Positions 34,098 to 44,604 of a stretch of 64,000 nucleotides of DNA are shown here, one piece after another; position 1 is the stretch's first letter; each line of letters begins with the position of its first letter. The position numbers and the translations under genes were made by a program. Origin of the DNA: Candidatus Margulisiibacteriota bacterium (GTDB taxonomy: Bacteria; Margulisbacteria; Marinamargulisbacteria; SXXA01; SICP01); assembly GCA_009691415.1 (NCBI GenBank), contig SICP01000005.1, positions 2,940 through 66,939 on the forward strand, read 5' to 3'. Below the pieces are notes generated by a model. It saw only the letters and a program-made list of their open reading frames with translations. It searched no databases and was not told the DNA's origin.

Positions 34098-35270
34098 ATG
34101 TACAAGATTAAAGTCTATAATAAAATTGCTAAAGAAGGGTTGGGCGTATTTGATTCAACCCTCTGTACGTTTGGCCCTGATATAAACGCCCCAGACGCCA
34201 TCATATTACGTAGCCAAAACCTACATGCAGAACCACTAGACGCACACCTTCTGGCCATTGGACGTGCAGGCGCAGGGGTCAACAACATTCCCGTAGATAA
34301 ATGTTCAGAAAAAGGTATCGTCGTATTTAATACACCAGGCGCCAACGCAAATGCTGTAAAAGAACTTGTCCTAGGCGCGCTCTTTTTATCTGCACGACAA
34401 ATTGTACCGGCTATTAAATACACCGAATCCTTAAAAGGGCAGGGGGCCGAAATTCCCGCGCTGGTTGAAAAAAACAAAGCCCTCTTCCAAGGTTGTGAAC
34501 TTCGCGGCAAACGCCTCGGTGTCATCGGCCTCGGTGCCATTGGCATGATGGTCGCAAATGACGCCCTAAAGTTAGGCCTCCGCGTAGAAGGATACGACCC
34601 CTTCATCTCCGTCAACCGAGCATGGGAACTTTCAAGTGATGTCAAACGTGCAGAAGATCTCAATAAAATGCTCAGTAACGTAGATTTTGTCAGTATCCAC
34701 ATGCCCCTAACCGACAAAACCAAATCCTTCATCAATAAAGACGCCCTAAATCATTTCAAAAAAGGTGCCGTCCTACTCAACTTCTCCAGAGCAGAAGTCG
34801 TTAACGAAGACGACATTCTAGATGCCCTAGATGCCGGGCGTCTCTCACTTTACGTCAACGATTTTCCAACAGAAAAACTCCTCGCCAACACCAACGCCAT
34901 CTCGATTCCCCACCTAGGCGCCTCCACCGAAGAAGCAGAAACAAACTGCGCCGTCATGGTTGTAGAACAACTCCAAAACTACCTACAAACCGGCAACATC
35001 ATCAACGCCGTCAACTTCCCAGATTGCGTCCTAGAACGAAGCAGCAACAACCGCCTCTGCATCATCAACCAAAATATCCCCAACATGGTTGGCCAAATCA
35101 CTACTATATTAGCCGAACATAAAATCAACATTGCAGAAATGGTCAACAAAAGCCGTGGTGACTACGCGTGCACCTTAGTAGACGTCAATGACACCATCTC
35201 CGACGACATCATCCAAAACATCAGAAAAATACAAGGCATCGTAAGCGTCCGAAATCTGAAATTCGCCTAA
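34098..35270 (+). CDS. D-3-phosphoglycerate dehydrogenase-like 2-hydroxyacid dehydrogenase with a C-terminal ACT-like domain
   Basis: GVIGLGAIG NAD fold, HMPLT, and a regulatory tail of about 75 aa. Confidence 0.75.
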   Translation: MYKIKVYNKIAKEGLGVFDSTLCTFGPDINAPDAIILRSQNLHAEPLDAHLLAIGRAGAGVNNIPVDKCSEKGIVVFNTPGANANAVKELVLGALFLSARQIVPAIKYTESLKGQGAEIPALVEKNKALFQGCELRGKRLGVIGLGAIGMMVANDALKLGLRVEGYDPFISVNRAWELSSDVKRAEDLNKMLSNVDFVSIHMPLTDKTKSFINKDALNHFKKGAVLLNFSRAEVVNEDDILDALDAGRLSLYVNDFPTEKLLANTNAISIPHLGASTEEAETNCAVMVVEQLQNYLQTGNIINAVNFPDCVLERSSNNRLCIINQNIPNMVGQITTILAEHKINIAEMVNKSRGDYACTLVDVNDTISDDIIQNIRKIQGIVSVRNLKFA

Positions 35271-35734
35271 GCCTAAAATCTCCCAAATGCCCCCTGCTCT
35301 AACACTCAGTCCAAACCCCTCTCTATTCAAAAGAGGGGAGAAATAAACCATGAGATTTTTGAAATTAAAATCGATAATTCTAAAAAACAAATAGTTCATT
35401 TTTTAAATAAGAGAAATTGTTTATTTGTATTCAAAGCTGAGGAATAAAATAGATTATTAAAAGCCAAAAGGGGAGATTCATGATTTGAAAACTCGTTGCT
35501 CTGCAATCTCAAGAAGCCAAACGTATAATCTTAGGTCTAAAAGATAAGTTAGTTGAAATACGCGTATGGGAAGATCAGGCGGAAATCTGGGCGAATAGCT
35601 CTTTTGAAGACTTTAAGGACATTGTAAAGATAAATTATAGCTACTTTACAGAAACTGTACTACTAAAGGAAATAGAAGCAATTACAGGATCATTAGATTC
35701 CATAGTAATTAATGAAAAACTACAAAAGAAGAAC

Positions 35735-36331
35735 GTGATGTTACCTGAAACAAAGTATGCCAATAGATCAGATTTTACAACAAAAAGTAAGAGTTATGTC
35801 GCAGGGGTAGGAAATTATGGTCCTTGCATATTAACCCCAGAAAATTCCTCAGAGTATTCAAGCGTAGGGTGTGTTGACTTGGCTGATTGTGTAGGATTGA
35901 TAATGCATGATCCTATTTCAAAAACAACTGCATTTTGGCATTGTAATGAATTCACGCCTGGAAGAACGCTTCCTCCTCTTTTAACCTTTATTCTATTATC
36001 ACTAAGAGCCAGTGATAGCGGTTCGCCATTTATCCCACAATTAGAAAAGAAGTTGGAAGAGCTAAATAAGATGGTATCAATAGACGTTTTGAGTTATGCG
36101 CCAAAACCAGAAGACTTTGAACTTCTTTTGGCAACAGGTAATATTTGTACAAGGGCAACAGGGGCACTGGCCTCTACTCAAACACGTAATCTGGATCCTA
36201 TGAGTCAATTATTATCTAAAATTTTTCGTCAGGTCAGCGTCGATAGGAATACGTCTCAAATTTTAATAGATCGTCAATCAGGCAAATTACTAAAAGACTT
36301 TTCTGTCTCCGAGGGTACAGTTACTATTTAA
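35735..36331 (+). CDS. Hypothetical protein, possibly the 3' part of a disrupted 283-codon gene starting at 35480
   Basis: The frame is open from 35489. A strong SD (AAAGGGGAG) plus ATG at 35480 is followed by TGA at codon 3. No family recognised. Confidence 0.45.
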   Translation: MMLPETKYANRSDFTTKSKSYVAGVGNYGPCILTPENSSEYSSVGCVDLADCVGLIMHDPISKTTAFWHCNEFTPGRTLPPLLTFILLSLRASDSGSPFIPQLEKKLEELNKMVSIDVLSYAPKPEDFELLLATGNICTRATGALASTQTRNLDPMSQLLSKIFRQVSVDRNTSQILIDRQSGKLLKDFSVSEGTVTI

Positions 36332-36357
36332 CCTGAAATGCCCGCAGAAAAAGCACC

Positions 36358-36840
36358 TTAATTTTTCCGAATAAAATACCCACACCCCGGAATAAACGTC
36401 CGTTTCTTAAACAAATCCGGCTGCGGATAATTTCGGCAAATAAACGGACGTCTCCAGTGAATGCTGCATTTATTTTCCTTCAAATAGTTGCACTCAAACA
36501 CGACCACCTGTCCCGCCGCATCCGCACCCTTATAAGTAAAGTTATAAAGACGCTGATACCACGCAATAGCCACACTTCTTAAAACCGGAAACTTCCAAAA
36601 CCCCGATGATAAATAAACTGCTATATTACGGCAACACACCCCCCGCTGTTTACATGATCCCATCACCGGATACTTCGGGGGCGCTATCCTATAAATAACC
36701 CACCGACAAACCATGCTCAAAAACCCATCAATAAAGATATACAAACGGGGTACCAATAACAGCACTTCTATAAGTAATTTATTCATAAGCAGGATTATCG
36801 CAGAAAAGTACACCAAAGCAAATTTATGTTTGACAACCAC
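36358..36840 (-). CDS. YkgJ-family cysteine-cluster (CxxCxxCC-type) protein with an N-terminal TM segment
   Basis: GSCKQRGVCCRN and ENKCSIHWRRPFICRNYP match the UPF0153/YkgJ pattern. Confidence 0.65.
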   Translation of the reverse strand: MVVKHKFALVYFSAIILLMNKLLIEVLLLVPRLYIFIDGFLSMVCRWVIYRIAPPKYPVMGSCKQRGVCCRNIAVYLSSGFWKFPVLRSVAIAWYQRLYNFTYKGADAAGQVVVFECNYLKENKCSIHWRRPFICRNYPQPDLFKKRTFIPGCGYFIRKN

Positions 36841-36918
36841 CCCTCATTCGAAGTAAACTATCCCTTCCTCAGATTGATCACTGGTTTTTGAGCCGGCAGA
36901 AATTAAAAGGGTAAAGTG

Positions 36919-36947
36919 TTGACAACTTTGTAACACTTTATTAATAT
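36919..36947 (+). promoter_or_regulatory. 16S rRNA promoter (TTGACA-17-TAATAT)
   Basis: Consensus -35, 17-nt spacer and near-consensus -10, 140 nt upstream of 16S. Overlapped by the inverted repeat AAAGTGTT/AACACTTT. Confidence 0.6.
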
Positions 36948-36976
36948 TCGAACCTGCACTTTTTGAGACAAGCAAT

Positions 36977-36989
36977 CGTTCTTTGAAAA
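36977..36989 (+). promoter_or_regulatory. boxA-like antitermination element in the rRNA leader
   Basis: cgTTCTTTgAAAA versus E. coli boxA TGCTCTTTAACAA (9/13 by eye). Confidence 0.35.
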
Positions 36990-37025
36990 TTAAATAACAA
37001 GCCTATATTTTTATGTAAGTGTGAG
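36989..37025 (+). other. 5' arm of the 16S processing stem
   Basis: ATTAAATAACAAGCCTAT...ATGTAAG.TGAG is complementary to 38667-38700. Confidence 0.7.
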
Positions 37026-37085
37026 CCTTTTTTTCAATCGTTTGAGTACGATAAGTATAATTTCAAACAGTAATTTTTTCAGTGA

Positions 37086-38621
<1,536 letters not shown>

Positions 38622-38666
38622 AAGGAGTTAGCGTTTAGAACTAGTTTTCTAAACTGCTAGGTCGAT

Positions 38667-38700
38667 CTCACCTTACATAATGATAGGCTTGTTATTTAAT
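38667..38700 (+). other. 3' arm of the 16S processing stem
   Basis: CTCACCTTACATAATGATAGGCTTGTTATTTAAT pairs with the leader at 36989-37025. Confidence 0.7.
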
Positions 38701-38749
38701 ATTCAAACACACACGAAATACTCTCAACGTTATCGTAGTATAACAATTG

Positions 38750-38826
<77 letters not shown>

Positions 38827-38847
38827 TTAAACAGAATTTCCTAGTAT

Positions 38848-38899
38848 AAATACCACAAACTTACCAATGGGTTATTCATTGGTGTAGTCTGTGGTATTT
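38848..38899. terminator. Long imperfect hairpin, candidate bidirectional terminator
   Basis: AAATACCACAAACTTACCAATG / CATTGGTGTAGTCTGTGGTATTT with T-rich flanks on both strands. Lies between tRNA-Ile and the convergent 635-aa gene. Confidence 0.5.
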
Positions 38900-39019
38900 G
38901 GCGTTTCGCGTACCAAAGCGCATATGCCAGAAGGTTAGTAGGAAAAGGCAGAGAACTATACCAAGCCTTTCATTAATTGTTTAATGCGTCCTGAAACTAT
39001 GTGTATTTTTGAACCTTTT

Positions 39020-40927
39020 TTAAACTTTACTACCCAACACCCGAAACTTATGAAGTGGTAACCTCCACGCAATTTTTCCATCTGGCGTTGGAATCATAAA
39101 CCCATTTTTGGCCAAATACGATTCAGTCATTTGAATCACCTGTGCAATTTGGGGCTCTGTTAACCCTTTGAGCTGGGGAACAAAATAGCACCGGATATAA
39201 TTTTCAACACCTTTTTCCCCACCACTCATCGTCACAAAATAAGGATCAGTTTCGCAATGCGTGATCTGAAATCCCGCACGACCTGTTAACTCTAAAACCG
39301 TATTGGAGTCTTGATAGCTTCGTTCAAAGAACCAGCGATTCCCCCAACCAAATTGGAGCAATGCTGCATAAAAAGCATCGTAGAGAGGTAAGTATTGTTC
39401 AGGAGTTCCCATCTCAAGAAGAAGTTGCCCACCGGAATCCAAAGAATGATACGTCTGATAGAGCATCTTAAGTTGCTCCGAATGAGAATAACGATGAAAA
39501 AAGAAAATCACAGCCAGATCAAAATCTTTAGACGCCGTAAACTCCGTAGGATCCGTCAATAAAATATCATGATGGGGATAGGATACTTTAAGTTGATTTG
39601 CAATCGGTTTTTCATCTTCGATAACGGTTGTTTTTGCACTTGGAATCTTATCAAATAATCCTAGCGGAGAACCGATATAAAGCGTGCTTTGTGACTGAAA
39701 ATCACCCAGAAGTGCTGCTGTGCGGTTCGTTTTGAGATACGTGTGTTGAATGCCAAAATACTGAGTTTCATCCATCGTTGAGAGACGCTCGTCTTCACTC
39801 ATAATAATCCGGTGTTTCGGAGGGACAACCACTTTATAAATGGCCTCCCAATACCGTCCGGTTGCCTCATGATAACCAGTCAGAACCTGTGTCGCTTTCA
39901 ATGCATCAGTATGCGTTTGAATACAAGATTTTGCGACCTCTCGTGTAATACGACCATGCTTATCTTCAACGCCTTCTTCGTCTTTGCGCATGGGTGTTGA
40001 AATATGTTGACGGATACGTTCTAGGTTTAAATGATCAGAAAAATAACGCTCAAAAGTCTTTTTTTGCTCGTCGTTTAACCCTTTGCCAAACCAACGATAC
40101 AAAGCAACATACAAATATTCCAGCATCTTACTCGCATTATTTTCTTGTAAAGCAGATGCGATAATAGGGGAGACCCTGTCTTTTGAATGTGTATAGACCG
40201 AATCTTGCCATGTTCTGAGCAGTCGTGTTTCAGGAAGGACATCAGGATGTGTCCATAAGTCATGTATCTGAATTTTTGAAAGATTCAATGATTCAAAAAG
40301 TGCATTAAAACAATCCACCATCCGAATGAGATGAGAGTCACTTTCAAAAGGCGTCTCATCAATAGCAATTTCTTGAAATATACGTTGTCCCTCTTGCATG
40401 ACATGAGACCATTTCTTTAATGCGTCTTCTCCCTTAACCCCACGACTAGGTTGTGTTTCGCTATCATAAGTGGCACTTAATGCATCAGATACATTGCGGC
40501 GTGTTCGCAGACGGCCCACCATATAATTCGCCAAAAATTTTTGAAGAGCAGGCAAACTAGGGGCTTTGGATAGAGGATCGGCTAGCCAAGTATAAAACGA
40601 ATTGTTAACAGCTTTTCCCGCAGCATTTCTGTCAAATAAACTAGCACGAAAGTGTTCAATCGATTCTTGAGAAATTTCTTTTTCTTTCAAGTCTTCTAAA
40701 AGTTGAGGCCTAGAAAAATTTAAAATAGTTAAAGGATGTTGCTTGAAAATAGAGTTGTAAACAGGTTTTACATTCAGTGATACTCGTCGAAATGAGTCCG
40801 AGGAAGTAAAAAGAGAATTGGCTTGCGATAAGAGTCTTGGGGTAGGAAAGGGCATGATCTTGGAATTTCTAATGAGAATTCTCGAAGTGATGAACGTAGA
40901 CATAGCTGGAATTGCTTTACTCATCAT
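39020..40927 (-). CDS. Large orphan protein (635 aa) with a possible C-terminal class-I methyltransferase-like fold
   Basis: Long clean ORF. The C-terminal third has DLAVIFFFHRYS...LDSGGQLLLEMG, resembling MTase motifs. No clear GxGxG motif and no TM segment. Confidence 0.5.
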   Translation of the reverse strand: MMSKAIPAMSTFITSRILIRNSKIMPFPTPRLLSQANSLFTSSDSFRRVSLNVKPVYNSIFKQHPLTILNFSRPQLLEDLKEKEISQESIEHFRASLFDRNAAGKAVNNSFYTWLADPLSKAPSLPALQKFLANYMVGRLRTRRNVSDALSATYDSETQPSRGVKGEDALKKWSHVMQEGQRIFQEIAIDETPFESDSHLIRMVDCFNALFESLNLSKIQIHDLWTHPDVLPETRLLRTWQDSVYTHSKDRVSPIIASALQENNASKMLEYLYVALYRWFGKGLNDEQKKTFERYFSDHLNLERIRQHISTPMRKDEEGVEDKHGRITREVAKSCIQTHTDALKATQVLTGYHEATGRYWEAIYKVVVPPKHRIIMSEDERLSTMDETQYFGIQHTYLKTNRTAALLGDFQSQSTLYIGSPLGLFDKIPSAKTTVIEDEKPIANQLKVSYPHHDILLTDPTEFTASKDFDLAVIFFFHRYSHSEQLKMLYQTYHSLDSGGQLLLEMGTPEQYLPLYDAFYAALLQFGWGNRWFFERSYQDSNTVLELTGRAGFQITHCETDPYFVTMSGGEKGVENYIRCYFVPQLKGLTEPQIAQVIQMTESYLAKNGFMIPTPDGKIAWRLPLHKFRVLGSKV

Positions 40928-41036
40928 GAACTCCTTCTAATAACAGAACGTTAAATAAATATGAAAGTAGAAGCATTTACATAATAAGTCAACGTTTATA
41001 CTTTTAATAAAAAAAGCAACATTGTAAACTAGTACA

Positions 41037-41639
41037 ATGCTCAAACTAATCATCGGTAACAAATCAACGTCCTCCTGGTCCATGCGGCCATGGCTCGTTC
41101 TAAAAACCACCAAAATCTCCTTTGAAGAAATCGAATTTGACCATCGATCCAGTTCATTCAAGCAGGATATTTTGCCGTATTCACCTACATTAAAAGTCCC
41201 CGTCCTCTGGGATGGGGATCTCGTTATCTGGGATTCTCTCGCCATTTGCGAATACCTCGCAGAGAAAGTGCCTTCTCTCTGGCCACAAGATCCTTCTTTT
41301 CGTGCTATTGCTAGAAGTGTAACGGCCGAAATGCATTCTGGATTTTTGCCCCTACGGAGGGCACTTCCAATGGAACTTAGCCAAACCCATCTCTCTTACG
41401 AATCTACGCCAGAACTTGAAAAAGATATCCAACGTATTATCCAAATATGGGAAAACCGAAAAGGAACCTTTCTCTTCGGAGACTGGTCTATTGCAGACGC
41501 CTTCTTTACACCCGTCGCGACTCGCTTTCTCAGCTATAACATCCCAGTCCCCCCATACGTAAAAGACTACATCCAAACCCTTCTCTCTACAGCACAGTAC
41601 CAAGAATGGCACACCCAAGCCCTAATAAATAAAGCCTAG
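41037..41639 (+). CDS. Glutathione S-transferase family protein
   Basis: N-terminal LIIGNKSTSSWSMRPWLVL..., VPVLWDGDLVIWDSLAICEYL thioredoxin-like domain. Confidence 0.8.
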   Translation: MLKLIIGNKSTSSWSMRPWLVLKTTKISFEEIEFDHRSSSFKQDILPYSPTLKVPVLWDGDLVIWDSLAICEYLAEKVPSLWPQDPSFRAIARSVTAEMHSGFLPLRRALPMELSQTHLSYESTPELEKDIQRIIQIWENRKGTFLFGDWSIADAFFTPVATRFLSYNIPVPPYVKDYIQTLLSTAQYQEWHTQALINKA

Positions 41640-41665
41640 AATTATTAAGCCCAACTCGCTATAAT
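41637..41665 (+). promoter_or_regulatory. Candidate promoter for tRNA-Ala (TAGAAT-17-TATAAT)
   Basis: Perfect -10 hexamer 16 nt upstream of the tRNA 5' end; poor -35. Confidence 0.3.
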
Positions 41666-41681
41666 AAGACCTTCTTATAAT

Positions 41682-41757
41682 GGGGGTGTAGCTCAGTTGG
41701 TAGAGCGCCTGCCTTGCACGCAGGAGGTCGCAGGTTCGATCCCTGTCACCTCCACCA
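41682..41757 (+). tRNA. trnA: tRNA-Ala (anticodon UGC)
   Basis: Hand-folded cloverleaf, G3:U70 identity pair, anticodon loop ctTGCac, encoded CCA. Confidence 0.93.
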
Positions 41758-41827
41758 TTAACCTCTTTTTTGCGAACTGGTTTTGGTGGTTTTAAGTCCG
41801 TTTTTTAAGCTTATATTTCATATCAAC

Positions 41828-41853
41828 GAACCCACTTTTTGGTGGGTTTTTTT
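41828..41853 (+). terminator. Rho-independent terminator after tRNA-Ala
   Basis: ACCCAC-TTTTTG-GTGGGT followed by TTTTTT. Confidence 0.6.
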
Positions 41854-42024
41854 GTGCCTAAAAGTTCGTGTTTTTTTGTTAGGAAATGGTTAAGGGAGTT
41901 CGTGATTTTGTGAGGGGATTTTGTGGCGGGGATCGAACTTTTCTGGGGGCATTTTAGGTGTGTGTATGCCTTTTTGGGGTTTTTAGGGGGTATTGCGATT
42001 CTCCCGTGGCTTTTTTTTAAACGA

Positions 42025-43584
42025 TTATGGGGGTGGCATGACGATTTCGATGGGCCAGGGAAGGCCGGAAAAATGAAAGCTTAGCTTTTCGGGGAAGTAG
42101 GTAATGTCTGTGAGGATTTTTAGGAGGTAGGTGCGATAGGTGGCGATGTCCCACGAGTCTGCTTTGTCTCGGAAATGGAGGAGCTGGGTTTTGAGGGTGA
42201 TGAGAGATATTTTTGCTTCGGTATGTGCGGTGAGCTCTAGGTGGAGTGTGGTGATCTTGGATTTGGTTTGTTTGGAGTCTCGCAATAGTTCTTCGATACG
42301 GTCGTTGAGTCGTTGTTTTTCGGGTGAGCTGAGGGATTGGGTGATGAGTGCATCGAGATACTGATCGTGTTTGTTTTTAAGCTCGGTGAGTTCTGCTTCT
42401 AATTGGGTGATCTGTTCGTAGATACTTTGTTCCGTAGCTTCGATATGGGTGTTATGGGAAGTGATGCGGGTTTCTAACGGTCGAAAATATCGGTCTTGAG
42501 TGAGTAGGATGAGGCAAGTTTTCACGGCACTATGGATACGAGGGAAAGAGACGCACTTAAAAAGACAGGTTCTTTTTTTGCCGTGAGTCCCACTTGTACA
42601 GCGGTAGTAATAATACTTTTTTGTTTTTTGCTTGATGGCATAACTGGGGGTCATGGGAGAGGAGCAGTAGCCACAGCGAAGGAGTTTTTGTATTTCGGTC
42701 TTACTATCTGTATTTCCAAGATGGCCACGTTGGCTAAAAATCGTTTGGACTTTTTCCCAAAGAGAGTCTGCAACCAACGGTTGATGAAGCCCTGGATAGG
42801 TTTTGTCATGCCACCGGAGAGACCCTTTGTAGATAGGATTTTGCAAAATGGTTCTCAGCTGACTATCTGTCCATAACGTGCCTTTTCGTGTTGCACTGTG
42901 AGTGGCTTGCAGTGCCTCTGTCACAGAGGCTAACGATTTTGTTTCTAAGAACTTTTGAAAGATAACTTCAACAATCTGTTGTTCTTTTTTAAAAGGAAGA
43001 AGTTCTTTATTGAGACAGACATAGCCAAAGGGTGTGCGTCCTCCATTGTGTAACCCGATACTGGCTCTATATCCCATGACATCGGTGATCCGTTCTGAGG
43101 TTTGTTCTCGTTCCAATTGTGCAAAGACCAACGCCACGCGAAGCATGGCTTTTCCCATGGCGGTGGTCGTATCAAAATTCTCTTTCAGAGAAACAAATTC
43201 CACATCATGCTCTTGCATCGTGGTCATGAGCTGCTCGAAGTCGAGAAGTGATCGGGACAGACGATCCAGTTTTTTAACAACCACCGCATCGATCTTTTTG
43301 GCTTCAATATCTTTAACTAGTTTTTTGTATTCAGGGCGATTGGTGTTGCCACCGGACTTTCCTTTTTCGATGAGGATGTTGTGGATGCGAAAGCCGCGAT
43401 AGTCACAATACTTTTTGAGTTCGCTTTCTTGTTCTTCCAGAGAATCACCTTCCTTGGCTTGGCGGTCCGTTGAAACTCTTATGTAGAGGCTGACTGTAAA
43501 TAATTCGTTATCCAAGCCGCGCGTGGCGGGGCGCGGCGACAGTCCGGGGAATTCAGTGGTCTTTTTGCCCATTTTTGGTGTCAT
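42025..43584 (-). CDS. Large serine recombinase
   Basis: YIRVSTDRQ catalytic-Ser motif, resolvase N-domain, recombinase domain, CxxC...C zinc ribbon, C-terminal coiled coil. Start set at ATG 43584, just after the upstream stop. Confidence 0.9.
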   Translation of the reverse strand: MTPKMGKKTTEFPGLSPRPATRGLDNELFTVSLYIRVSTDRQAKEGDSLEEQESELKKYCDYRGFRIHNILIEKGKSGGNTNRPEYKKLVKDIEAKKIDAVVVKKLDRLSRSLLDFEQLMTTMQEHDVEFVSLKENFDTTTAMGKAMLRVALVFAQLEREQTSERITDVMGYRASIGLHNGGRTPFGYVCLNKELLPFKKEQQIVEVIFQKFLETKSLASVTEALQATHSATRKGTLWTDSQLRTILQNPIYKGSLRWHDKTYPGLHQPLVADSLWEKVQTIFSQRGHLGNTDSKTEIQKLLRCGYCSSPMTPSYAIKQKTKKYYYYRCTSGTHGKKRTCLFKCVSFPRIHSAVKTCLILLTQDRYFRPLETRITSHNTHIEATEQSIYEQITQLEAELTELKNKHDQYLDALITQSLSSPEKQRLNDRIEELLRDSKQTKSKITTLHLELTAHTEAKISLITLKTQLLHFRDKADSWDIATYRTYLLKILTDITYFPEKLSFHFSGLPWPIEIVMPPP

Positions 43585-43592
43585 GAGTTGTC

Positions 43593-43976
43593 CTAGTAAG
43601 GTAAGAATCGACAGACCAATTGATGGGCCGTTTCTTCTACGGCAAACCACGTGAGTTTTACCTTGAAGCTAATTTCGTCTTCGATCTTAGATGAAAAAGA
43701 ATCCAAAAACTGTCCCAAGGTTTGGCCGGTGTTTTCTAAAAACTCATGCACCCGTTCCCAAATATGGGTTTCAAATCGTCGGTAAAAAAGGAGGCAATCG
43801 GTGGTGTAGATGAGTTCAGAAACGCATCCACTTTCACAGCCATGAGTAGAAATATCATCGAGTGCATCGAAGGCATTACAACCAACACGCTGACAGACAT
43901 TTTTAATGAGCCAGGATTCTAAGGAGTTCCTGTTAAAGTCTGTTTTTAATAGGGTTTTTAAGGATCGTTTAGTCAT
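43593..43976 (-). CDS. Hypothetical Cys-rich protein (127 aa), co-oriented between the DprA-like gene and the recombinase
   Basis: ORF with tight spacing (13 nt and 8 nt gaps); HGCESGC and VGCN motifs; no family recognised. Confidence 0.55.
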   Translation of the reverse strand: MTKRSLKTLLKTDFNRNSLESWLIKNVCQRVGCNAFDALDDISTHGCESGCVSELIYTTDCLLFYRRFETHIWERVHEFLENTGQTLGQFLDSFSSKIEDEISFKVKLTWFAVEETAHQLVCRFLPY

Positions 43977-43989
43977 GATTTTTCTCCCC

Positions 43990-44604
43990 TTATTTCAAGT
44001 ACACAGCTTTAAAACCACCTTCCCAACATCCGCCACAGCGAAGCGGAACCCACTTCACAAAAGATAGTTCGGGCAAGTGACACTCGATAGGAAAAACAAC
44101 TATGGGCATCCGCTTTGCGGCTGCAACATTGATCGTGAAGATCGATCCGCGAGACTGGCCATCGATGAAAGCCACAAGACCATAACAGGCTTCTACCAAT
44201 CGCTTGTTTCTCAAAAGCAATGCGGCTTTAATGAGATACGGCGTTTCTTTGCCTGCTGAAAATCCCCACAACAAGTGACCGCCATAGTCTTTAAATTGCC
44301 GCATCATGGCCCGCACTTTGATGGGAAATCCATCATAGTTTTTCCAAGCAGAATACACGGTGCATTGTGTCGACACACCCAGATGCAACAGCCTTTCAAT
44401 AACAAACTGATCGGCGCCAATCGCACCCCCCGATGCAATGTGATAACCTCGTCCCAACAAATCCTCGACCACTTGTCCCACGGCATCGGCATAGCCATAT
44501 CCGAGCGAGCGAGAGCCAATCACACCGACAGATCGTATCTGTTTTTCTACCGGTGCCGCTACTTTCTTTTGTATCCCTGCCATCGCTAATTTTCTCATCG
44601 TCAT
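43990..44604 (-). CDS. DprA/Smf-like Rossmann-fold (SLOG superfamily) protein, copy 1
   Basis: VGVIGSRSLG...IASGGAIGADQ...LLLRNKRLVEACYGLVAFIDGQSRGS parallels the DprA motifs GSR / SGxAxGID / RNRII / SG. Confidence 0.7.
   Translation of the reverse strand: MTMRKLAMAGIQKKVAAPVEKQIRSVGVIGSRSLGYGYADAVGQVVEDLLGRGYHIASGGAIGADQFVIERLLHLGVSTQCTVYSAWKNYDGFPIKVRAMMRQFKDYGGHLLWGFSAGKETPYLIKAALLLRNKRLVEACYGLVAFIDGQSRGSIFTINVAAAKRMPIVVFPIECHLPELSFVKWVPLRCGGCWEGGFKAVYLK

Noticed and set aside
35486-35488. In-frame TGA as evidence for an alternative genetic code (TGA = Trp/Gly) or selenocysteine
   Set aside because: TGA clearly terminates rplK (4234-4236), rplC (18702-18704) and adk (28435-28437), each with an ATGA overlap. 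No SECIS-like hairpin is evident downstream.
41733-41757. A direct repeat of the tRNA-Ala 3' end elsewhere in the window as attR
   Set aside because: I saw no second copy of the ..GGTTCGATCCCTGTCACCTCCACCA segment. Serine recombinases also do not require tRNA-derived repeats.
43585-43650. Longer N-terminus of the serine recombinase
   Set aside because: It would overlap the upstream 127-aa gene by 58 nt. ATG 43584 follows that gene's stop directly.
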